Assembly: GCF_018977255.1 (NCBI RefSeq)
Contig: NW_024704750.1
Coordinates: 5,146,001 to 5,210,000, forward strand
DNA length: 64,000 bases
DNA from: Callorhinchus milii
Taxonomy: Eukaryota
Reading direction: 5' to 3'
Every line of letters begins with the position of its first letter. Position 1 is the stretch's first letter. Below the pieces are notes generated by a model, which searched no databases, was not told the origin of the DNA, and saw only the letters and a program-made list of their open reading frames with translations. Below are positions 18,401 through 28,700 of this stretch, in pieces. The translations under genes were made by a program, and so were the position numbers.

Positions 18401-21400
18401 CAGTGTCCCATGGAGTATTTGTTCATCTCAAATCTACATCTGCTGGACTTAGGATCTAATACAGGGTGCTGCTGACTAACCCATCTAACTCACCAATAGA
18501 AGCTGAAGGGTATAGGCATGCCACAAAACATTACAATTCAGAATAGGAAGATTCCTTCTTAAGAAACCCCATTAAAGCCTATCACAAATGAGATCCGGAA
18601 ATTGACATTTACCTTTTCTCTCTGGTAGGTTGATTTAATACAGTGCCATATACCAGTGTACACTTGCTGGGTCTGAATTCTCACCTGGTGAAACAGTGTC
18701 TATATTAACTATCGTGTAAAAATAAATACAAGTACAAAATAACTATAAATAGATATAATACCTTGATTGTATCCAAGGGATATCCTATAGCAGTAGCAAG
18801 TCCACCTTTGATGCCAATAGTGTACAAGAAACAAAAGGTTAACAAAATTACAGCTGATGAAACTGGGACGTTTTCTTTAAATGCAAACTATAACAATCAA
18901 TACAACACTCATTGCTCTGCTAAGCAAACATGCAAAAGAACTGAAGTGTATCAAAAGGTCACAGTCAAACCATGTTTGAGGCACGAACACCAAGTTGAAC
19001 TGAATTTGAGAACATTTGCAAATTTTAATCAGCTGATCACTTCAAATTGGAGCCTCCTCCTGCCCTTCCGCAACTAAGCCTTCAAGCATAACCTTCTATT
19101 TGTTTCTCCCTCATGTACCTCTCTAGCTTCCCCTTAAATACATCTATGCTATTTGCCTCAACAACTGCTTGTGGTGGTTTGTTTCACATTCCCACTACTC
19201 TCTGTGTGAAGAAATTTCTTCTGACTTCCCTATTTGATCTATTTGTGACTATTTTATATTGATGGCCCCTGGTTTTGGTCTCCCCCACAAATGGAAACAT
19301 CTTCCCTATGTCTACCCTATCAAAACCTTTCGTAATTTTAAAGACCTCTATCAGGTCACCCCTCACCCTCCTCTTTTCAAAAGAGTCCAAGCTTGTTCAG
19401 CCTTTCCTGTTCTCAGTTCTGGGATCATCTTTGTGAATCTCCTCTGCGCCCTCTCCAGTGCCTCAACATCCTTTCTATAATGTGGGGACACAGTATTCTA
19501 AGTGTGGTCTAACTAAGGTTCTATAAAAGTTTACCATAACTTTGCTGCTTTTCATTTCTATCCCTCTAGAAATGGCAGCTGACAGGTCTATAGTTCACTG
19601 GGCTTTTTCTATCTCCCTTTTTAAATATAGGTATAACATTAGCTATCCTCCAATCCTCTGGCACTACTCCCTTTTTCGATTCTTTTAATATACGTGAATG
19701 CAATCCATCTGGACCAGCGGTTTTATCCTTCCTGAGCTTCGTTAGTTTTTCGATTATATCTCCTCTTTATATCTTAAATGTATTTATATTATTTTCAATC
19801 TCTTCTTCTACTGTCATGTCCACCTGATCCGTCTCACTGGTGAATACTGAGGCAAAGTAATTATTTAATATTTCGCAGTCGCGGCCTGTGACCTTATCTT
19901 GTCCATCCCTTAGTGGCCCTATTTCTATTTTGATTTTTCTTTTGTTATTTATGTCTGTAGAATATTTTACTATTTCTTTTTATATTCCTTGATAATTTAA
20001 TAATTCCTCTTTGCCTTTCTAATTGTTGTTTTTTGACTATTTTCCTGACCTCTTTGTATTCGTTTTTGTTATGCTCTCCCTTATTGTTTAGGTACTTAGT
20101 GAACGCCTTTCCTGAGTCTCAACTTTGCCCTTATGTCTTTATTCATCCAAAGCTGTCTCATTTTTATTTAACTTTGTCTTGTTTTTTAGCAGAATATATT
20201 TCTCCTGGTCTCTATTGATCATTGTTTTAAATGCTTCCCACTGCTGCTCTATCTCTTTGTTTGCCAATACTGTTTTCCAGTTTCTTTTCCTCCCTTCTTG
20301 GGCCTCTTACATACTGGGTAAGAAAGGAGTCCTGTACACATTGAAGGAACTCCATTCCCTTATCCCCTTTACCTACCTCTTCCAGCTAATTTATTTGGGG
20401 GTAGGTGAAATCCCCCATGTTTATTACTCTATGAATTTTAACCATTTCCCCAATTTGCTTGCATATTTCTTCCTCTACTCCCTTCCACTGTTAGGTGGTC
20501 TGTCGAGTACCCCAATTTGTGTGATTTGATCCCTTATCTTTTATCTCTATCCACACATTATGAGATCAATGTGTCAAGTCATGCAAAACCTTATCACAAT
20601 CACTGCTGTGACAAAATACCTTCTGAATGAAAATGAATAGTACTTAATATGAACAGCTTTGCCTATCTGATAAGGGAATGGAGAACCAGTGCAAACCCTT
20701 TGTAATTTAGACCCTAATTTGGGGGGTTTATTTCTGGCCTCACATTAGATTTAATGGGTTGGAACCAGAATTTATTCAATCGAGCCAATGAAACCTTTCT
20801 ACTCACCAAAAAAACTGTCACTGGATCAGGAGCTGGTTGACCAAATTGAGAAAGCAAATTTCAAGTCCAGTTTCAGTAAATAACTCTCCTGCTGTTATGA
20901 TTCTAGAGTAGAAATGGAGTTTAGTCTAGCAGTTAAAAATGCTGATCTGAAATTGACTTTCAGAAAATGACTCCTTTCTGTTTCTTATGGCTGAATTTAG
21001 TTATTTTCCACGGTTGCAATCATAGAGTCAGTGTCTGCACAGAAACCATGCAGGGATTTTACATTCAATAGACCTTGGCTTCTATTTACCCGTGATTTAC
21101 TTTCAGATAATCTAAAAAATGCAATGCTAAGGGCTCAGATTTACAGTGTAAACTGACACCAGTTCACTCAGTGATACAGTAAATGGTTCAGACACAATTT
21201 ATCCCGAAAATATAAAAAAAAACTTTATAACATTGGAATAGAAACGATAACGTCTCTGTGTGTCTAAATGCAACGCTGTACAACCGAAAAGCAAACCCCC
21301 AGCATTGTAGTCCTTCAGGTTAGAGCAATTATTAGAAGGAGAGCAAACAACTCACAACATGCTTTACACCGCGTTATCATTAAGGACACAGGCGCGAGGC

Positions 21401-21512
21401 TGCAGCTGTGCAAGTTACAGAGAGAATGCAAAGAAGGAGGAGAAGAAGAGGATTTTTCTCGTGATTTTTTTTTACCCGCAAACCATCCGGCCAGGAAGTC
21501 AAGACAATGCAT
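15210..21512 (-). CDS. SLC25A47: Mitochondrial carrier SLC25A47, whole spliced CDS (301 aa)
   Basis: complement join(21476-21512,18762-18805,18613-18684,17990-18172,16604-16886,15210-15496) = 906 nt; three PX[DE]XX[KR] signatures (PLDTIK, PIDLIK, PMDVMK); syntenic between WARS1 and SLC25A29; some residues are SLC25A45-like (see findings). Confidence 0.85.
16074..16410 (-). mobile_element. L2 LINE 3' fragment
   Basis: SSFKAGLKTFLF-type C-terminus, C-rich 3' UTR, hairpin, (TTG)n tail. Confidence 0.85.
16604..16886 (-). CDS. SLC25A47: SLC25A47 exon 5
   Basis: AMVFAPIDLIKIRQQNQ...KYRGPIHC...LRDIPCFGLYF; 283 nt. Confidence 0.9.
17990..18172 (-). CDS. SLC25A47: SLC25A47 exon 4
   Basis: [30 protein letters not shown]...DVFVAGCSAGTAE; 183 nt. 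Confidence 0.9.
18613..18684 (-). CDS. SLC25A47: SLC25A47 exon 3
   Basis: VRIQTQQVYTGIWHCIKSTYQREK; 72 nt. Confidence 0.9.
18762..18805 (-). CDS. SLC25A47: SLC25A47 exon 2
   Basis: GLATAIGYPLDTIK; 44 nt. Confidence 0.88.
19060..20560 (-). mobile_element. Degenerate, internally deleted CR1 LINE
   Basis: EKRRVRGDLIEVFKI..TRGH..RRNFFTQRVV (CR1 ORF2 C-terminus) plus upstream ORF2 relics. Confidence 0.85.
21476..21512 (-). CDS. SLC25A47: SLC25A47 first coding exon
   Basis: ATG CAT TGT CTT GAC TTC CTG GCC GGA TGG TTT GCG G|gtaaaa = MHCLDFLAGWFA(G); phase 1 matches exon 2. Confidence 0.85.
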
Positions 21513-22580
21513 CTTCCACCAGTTTCCAAGTTGTCTGCGGGTCTGAGCAGGACAGGGCGGCTCTGCCTGGTGGTGTGAAGCGCAGGCGCAACTCTATCAA
21601 CCCTGACAAGGTGATCAGCTCCTGCTGTGTAACAGCTCTATAGAGCAGAGCCACACAGCAGCTCTGACCAGGATCTGATTTCAACCAATGTAACAGCCTC
21701 TGGGTCAGGGAAGGGGGAAATCAGACGTGGGGGGGGTGGGAATCCAGCTATGAAGTGAATGACCTACAGACCTTCAGGTGGACACTATATCACTATTAAA
21801 CATCTCAATGGAAGGAGCAGCTTCCAAGATCCAGGAATTATTTTCCTGTAAAATACTTTCAAATGCCATAATCCTATTACAGTGCTTGTTTCTGACATTT
21901 TTTTAAAGGTAGTGGAACATTAATGGATTGTGGCTACAGGACAAATGATCTAATCGTAATGAGTAGTTTATGATACCAAGATTAGATTATACCTTTAAAT
22001 CACTCCAGTGGATGGGTTAATTTTATGGAGTTGTTTTGTTCATTTTGGGGGCTGTTTTCATGAAAGAATACAGAAACTGACCATCAGTACATTCCATATT
22101 ATTGATAGCTAACACATTTAAATGGAAGGAATAGCAATTTTGATGTGACCACAATTAATTTGTGAAGAAATGATCTGCAGTTGAATACCAAGAAATTCTG
22201 TGTGTGGAATGTATTCAACTATTGTGTACATTTTCAGGAAGTAAATGGGATTATTGTGTGTTCTTCATTGTTAACATTTTTGTTTAAAGGCTTCACAGCA
22301 TCCTTGCCCTGTGAGCTAAATAATGGAGCAAACGATACATTTAAAACAGTTCATTTATTGTTTGTTTAAAACTATCTTGAGTTTATCTTAAAGATAAGAG
22401 TCCTCCATAACCCTCTGTACCAAAATAAATTAGGCTATGTAAATATTATTATTTATTGAGTATTTATGTGAAAACTTTCCATTTGGCATTTAATAATAAT
22501 AATAAATAATAAACCTTGCTGATATGTTTCTCTTCCCTTATACCTTGGGGATACTGAAGCCAAATGAACCATTCCCTTCC

Positions 22581-22845
22581 TTAATAATAATAATAATGTA
22601 TTTGTATAGCACTTTTCACGTTTTCTAGATATCTCAAAGCACTTTACAGAGTATAATGTAAAATGAATTGACTGTATTTTTTTGTGGGCAAAATGCGGCA
22701 GCCAATTGCGCACAGCAGTGTCCCACAAACAGTCATGGCTTGAAGTGACTAATTTATTATTGTTTTTTTTTCTTGAGGGATTATTATCAGGCGGGTGGAG
22801 TAAGGAAACTTGCCCAAGGTTTCACCCTGCCGGGAATCAACCCAA
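22581..22845 (-). mobile_element. tRNA-head SINE, head truncated
   Basis: Same body as 13997-14322. Confidence 0.85.
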
Positions 22846-23789
22846 TTCATACCAAAGTATGTTTCAGGCAATTCTTTGAGAAACACCGATTGAATGACTC
22901 ATAAATTAACTCACGGCAATCTTTTGATTCTGAACAGATTAAATTCCCGGGAGGTTACGAAACTGTTTAGAGGCGCTGATTTTTTGGGGGGAAGAAGATA
23001 AAAAGATAATATATTTTTTGACTAGATCAATTAAAGGTACTTTGTGTTCAGCAAAGGAATACTTCAAATTTCGATTTTTAAACCATACAAAACCAAACAA
23101 AATACATGCAATTTCTCAGTCTGAGGGGCAAGCCATCAATTACAACTCTGAGAACAAGATTATGAAATTACCTTCTCCTTTAAGAATGTAATTCAATTGA
23201 CATTAGCTTTGGTGTGCCATTGGCAATGCTATAGTATCACTTGCTGGGTGTCCAACTGGAAAATGCTCAATTCCCCAGGACTGAAATGCACAGCATTCTG
23301 ACCCTGCAACAATCTCAATATCTTGACTTCTCTCTTTTGCTCCATTTAGATGTTGCTAAAGAGGAAATCAGCAAACTACTGCAGTTATGATTCCACCTGA
23401 AGCTGATTCCATTTTTAGTAAAATGAGTGTAGCCTTAAGCACATTTAAAATTTCACAATCAAGCAAGCCTTGACAGATAAATGTTTGTTTTCATACTACA
23501 GTATCCTGCCTCTAGATACTCAGATTACATGGTATGGTAAACAGCAACATAGATTTAAATCAAACTCCAGTACTATTTTAAATCCCTCTAAACTCTCTTG
23601 GATTTGGTACTTACTCTCACAGGTATATTTGCCATTTGAAGGCCCACTTGTCAGGATCATTGTTGTAGCGTAGAGGCAAATATTCCTTTCCTTGTAAAAG
23701 AAATGGAAGCAATTGCATTTCTCTGGCGCCTAATCGTGTTTGGCTGTGATCTCTGCTGAAAGCAAAGACAATTTTGCTTTTGTAAGCAA

Positions 23790-25070
23790 TTGTGGCAGCC
23801 ATTTTGCACACATCGTGGTTACAGAAACAGACTCGAGATCAATAATCACTTTACAGCGAAAATCCTGGCTCTTCGACAAACTATCAGTGACGCAGCAAGA
23901 AAACTGGCCGTCACGTGAGTTAGCCCCGATCATGTTTCCCCACCCCCCCCCAAAGAAACTAAACTAAATAAACATATAGCCAATGATTCCCCCAAATAAA
24001 ATTGCCGACTCTCTCCGTGGCTGTTTGTGGCACATTGCTGTGGGCGAGTGACTGCCTCGTTCCGCCCTCAAGATTTCACTCCGGCCAGAAATTGGTGAAA
24101 ACCCGTAAACCCCAAACCCCTCCGGAGCGATCTCATCTGAAGAGCGCTCCGGGACGCTATCCTCCCTGGCGCTCTGCGGCGAAAGTCGCCGCCGTCAGGC
24201 TCGAGGAGCGTGGGGCGGGGGGGGGGGTGGGGGTGGGGTGGGGGGTGTGGGCGAACGGAGCGGAGGCGCACGGATCAGCCGCGCCCGAGCTCGGGAGAAC
24301 GGCGGAACGGGCCGGAAGGGCCGCGCGGACCGGACCCCCCCCCACTGCCGTCCCGCGCCGGAGCGCCCTACGGTTTGAGGGGGTGACGAACGGCGCGATG
24401 GGGCGCTGTGTCAGGCGCAAGGAATAAAGGAAGAGAGAGAGAGAGAGAAAGAAAGAAAGAGAGAGAGAGAAAGAGGGGGTAAATAATGTAACACAGGAGT
24501 TATTTGGCTACTGGTGCCATCAACCAGAGCAGTGCCTGTGGAGCCGAGACGTCTGACTGCTCAGCCCTGTGGCGGAGACCACAGCAGCCAATGGTGCGAG
24601 GGGCGGGGGGGGGGGGGGGGGGGCTGGTGGGGTGGGGGGGGGGGGGGGCTGGTGGGGGTGGGGGGGGGGGGGGTGGGGGGCACTCCCCTCCCCTCCCCAT
24701 TGGTGCGAAAGCGGCGTATAATCCGCCCTTCCAGAGACTCGTTCGAAAGAGAATATTGCAACAGAATAAAGGAAGAGAGACCCACAGAGAGAGAGAGAGG
24801 GGGAGCGCAGCCGTGAAGGACAGAGACTCCCCCACACACACCCCATGTGTTTCTGTGCGTTATAAAGTGATATCAGGCGCTGGTTCTGTCTCCCGCTGTG
24901 CGCGGTGTGGAGCACCGGGAGAGGGGGAGAGGGAGAGGGGGGGAGAGGGGGAGAGGGGCGGATCGGCTTCAGTTCAGTCCACGCGTTTCACGGCGGATGG
25001 TTCGCTGAAATATTTTTTTTTGGGGCTACGGCGCGATTCGAGAGGAGGAGAGCGACGAGAGGAAGGCCCG
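23790..25070. promoter_or_regulatory. CpG island/promoter region between divergent SLC25A47 and SLC25A29
   Basis: CpG-dense 24000-25070; YY1 motif GCCATTTT 23798-23805, TGACGCA 23888-23894, GTCACGTGA 23910-23918, CCAAT boxes at 23980, 24588 and (reverse) 24699. Confidence 0.7.
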
Positions 25071-25666
25071 NNNNNNNNNNNNNNNNNNNNNNNNNNNNNN
25101 NNNNNNNNNNNNNNNNNNNNNNNNNNNNNNNNNNNNNNNNNNNNNNNNNNNNNNNNNNNNNNNNNNNNNNNNNNNNNNNNNNNNNNNNNNNNNNNNNNNN
25201 NNNNNNNNNNNNNNNNNNNNNNNNNNNNNNNNNNNNNNNNNNNNNNNNNNNNNNNNNNNNNNNNNNNNNNNNNNNNNNNNNNNNNNNNNNNNNNNNNNNN
25301 NNNNNNNNNNNNNNNNNNNNNNNNNNNNNNNNNNNNNNNNNNNNNNNNNNNNNNNNNNNNNNNNNNNNNNNNNNNNNNNNNNNNNNNNNNNNNNNNNNNN
25401 NNNNNNNNNNNNNNNNNNNNNNNNNNNNNNNNNNNNNNNNNNNNNNNNNNNNNNNNNNNNNNNNNNNNNNNNNNNNNNNNNNNNNNNNNNNNNNNNNNNN
25501 NNNNNNNNNNNNNNNNNNNNNNNNNNNNNNNNNNNNNNNNNNNNNNNNNNNNNNNNNNNNNNNNNNNNNNNNNNNNNNNNNNNNNNNNNNNNNNNNNNNN
25601 NNNNNNNNNNNNNNNNNNNNNNNNNNNNNNNNNNNNNNNNNNNNNNNNNNNNNNNNNNNNNNNNNN
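25071..25666. other. Assembly gap (596 N)
   Basis: Run of n characters. Confidence 1.
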
Positions 25667-25743
25667 ACACACACAGACAGACAGAGACACAGAGAGAGTG
25701 AGAGACAGAGATACATTATTGCAATTCAGGTTCGCGGTGAGAA

Positions 25744-25777
25744 ATGGCATTGGATTTCGCTGCGGGATGTCTGGGCG
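25744..25777 (+). CDS. SLC25A29: SLC25A29 first coding exon
   Basis: ATG GCA TTG GAT TTC GCT GCG GGA TGT CTG GGC G|gtgagt; possible acceptor ttcag ending 25729 suggests an upstream UTR exon. Confidence 0.92.
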
Positions 25778-28700
25778 GTGAGTGCGGCTGATTTCTCCTT
25801 CTGTTTCTGTGTGTGAGTGTCTTTGTGTCTCTCTGTCTCTGTGACATTGCCTTCACTCCCCCCTCACCCCCACACTCCCCCCCACACTCCCCCACACTCA
25901 CCCCCACACTCCCCCCTCACCCCCACACTCCCCCCTCACCCCCACACTCCCCTCTCACCCCCACACTCCCCCTCACCCCCACACTCCCCCCTCCCCACAC
26001 TCCCCCCACACTCCCCCCTCACCCCCACACACTCCCCCCCACACTCCCCCCTCACACTCCCCCCTCACCCCCACACTCCCCCCTCACCCCCACACTCCCC
26101 CCTCACCCCCACACTCCCCCTCACCCCCACACTCCCCCCTCCCCCCACACTCCCCCCCACACTCCCCCCTCACCCCCACACACTCCCCCCCACACTCCCC
26201 CTCACCCCCACACTCCCCCTCACCCCCACACTCCCCCTCACCCCCACACTCCCCCTCACCCCCACACTCCCCCCTCACCCCCACACTCCCCCCTCACCCC
26301 CACACTCCCCCCTCACCCCCACACTCCCCCTCCCACCCCACTCCCCCTCACCCCCACACTCCCCCCCACACTCCCCCCTCAGCCCCCCTCCCACCCACAC
26401 TCCCCCTCACCCCCACACTCCCCCTCACCCCCCACTCCCCCCTCACCCCCACACTCCCCCCCACACACACTCCCCCCTCCCCCCACACTCCCCCCACACA
26501 CACTCCCCCTTCACCCCCACACTCCCCCCACACACACTCCCCCTCCCCCCACTCCCCCCTCACCCCCACACTCCCCCCCACACTCCCCCCCACACTCCCC
26601 CCCACACTCCCCACTCCCCCACACTCCTCCCCCCTCCCCACTCCCCCCACTCCCCCCCTCCCCCCCCGGTAAAGTCGGGGCTGTGGGGCGCCCTCCGTTC
26701 CCCGCGGTCTGGTTGGGGTTTATTCTGCCACGTCCTCCGCTCCCGATCAGCGTGAGGTGAGCAGTGCCGCACAGGGCATCGCTCTCTCTCTCTCTCTCTC
26801 CGGCTCAGCCCCACTCTTACCCCTCACTGCCTGCGCCCCGCACTGCCCCCGCGATGCCCCCCTCACTGCCCCCGCGATGCCCCCCTCACTGCCCCCGCGA
26901 TGCCCCTCACTGCCCCCGCGATGCCCCTCACTGCCCCCCTCACTGTCCCCGCGATGCCCCCCTCACTGCCTGCGCCCCGCACTGCCCCCGCGATGCCCCG
27001 CACTGCCCCCGCGATGCCCCTCACTGCCCCCCTCTGCCCCCGCGATGCCCCCTCACTGCCCCCGCGATGCCCCCCTCACTGCCCCGCGATGCCCCCCTCA
27101 CTGCCCCCGCGATGCCCCCTCACTGCCCCCGCGATGCCCCCCTCACTGCCCCCGCGATGCCCTCCTCACTGCCCCCGCGATGCCCCCCTCACTGTCCCCC
27201 GCGATGCCCCTCACTGCCCCCCGCGATGCCCCTCACTGCCGATGCCCCCTCTGCCCCCGCGATGCCCCTCACTGCCCCCGCGATGCCCCCTCTGCCCCCG
27301 CGATGCCCCCCTCTGCCCCCGCGATGCCCCCCTCTGCCCCCGCGATGCCCCTCTCTGCCCCCGCGATGCCCCCGCGATGCCCCTCACTGCCCCTCTCACT
27401 GCCCCCGCGATGCCCCTCACTGCCCCTCTCACTGCCCCCGCGATGCCCCCCTCTGCCCCGCGATGCCCCCCTCTGCCCCCGCGATGCCCCTCACTGCCCC
27501 CGCGATGCCCCCCTCTGCCCCCGCGATGCCCCTCTCTGCCCCGCGATGCCCCCCTCTGCCCCCGCGATGCCCCTCACTGCCCCCTCTGCCCCCGCGATGC
27601 CCCCCCCGCTGCCCCCCCCCCCCCCCCCCCCCCCTCGGGGGCTATTTGTGGATTTGTATATTGAAGGTCAACGCAGATCTGAGAGCGGATTAAAACATCT
27701 CTCGAAGCTGCGGATCCGTCAGAGCAGCTGTTCACCTCCTCACCATTGCAGCCTCTCACTTACTTATTGACTTGCTTTACCCTAACCTGTGCTCACACCC
27801 ACTCACACTCACTCACTCACACTCACTCCACTCACACACCCACTCACACTCACTCCACTCACACACCCACTCACACTCACTCACTCACACTCACTCCACT
27901 CACACCCACTCACTCACACTCACTCACACTCACACACCCACTCACACTCACACCCACTCACACCCACTCACACTCACACCCACTCACTCCACTCACACCC
28001 ACTCACTCCACTCACACACCCACTCACACTCACACCCACTCACACTCACTCCACTCACACTCCCACTCACACTCACTCACTCACACTCACACACCCACTC
28101 ACACTCCACTCACACACCCACTCACACTCACTCACTCACTCCACTCATACACCCACTCACTCCACTCACACTCACTCCACTCACACACCCACTCACACTC
28201 ACTCCACTCACTCCACTCACACACCCACTCACACTCACTCCACTCACACACCCACTCACACTCACACTCACTCCACTCACACCCACTCACTCCACTCACA
28301 CACCCACTCACACTCACACCCACTCACACTCACTCCACTCACACTCCCACTCACACTCACTCACTCACACTCACTCCACTCACACACCCACTCAAACTCA
28401 CTCCACTCACACACCCACTCACACTCACTCACTCACTCACTCCACTCATACACCCACTCACTCCACTCACACTCACTCCACTCACACACCCACTCACACT
28501 CACTCCACTCACTCCACTCACACACCCACTCACACTCACTCCACTCACACACCCACTCACACTCACTCCACTCACACACCCACTCACTCACTCCACTCCA
28601 CTCACTCACTCCACTCACACTCACTCACACTCACTCCACTCACACTCACACTCCACTCACACACCCACTCACACTCACTCCACTCACACTCACTCCACTC

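Noticed and set aside
20802-20830. Minus-strand GTGAGT donor considered as SLC25A47 exon 1
   Set aside because: In-frame stop and no ATG in the required phase; the true exon was found at 21476-21512.
21735-21762. IHFIAGFP peptide resembling a carrier N-terminus
   Set aside because: No start codon or donor; likely chance.
21513-25743. miR-345, which lies between these genes in human
   Set aside because: No recognisable hairpin; mammal-specific as far as I know, and part of the interval is a gap.
24504-25816. ORFs of 200-425 aa containing X runs
   Set aside because: Artefacts of reading through the N gap.
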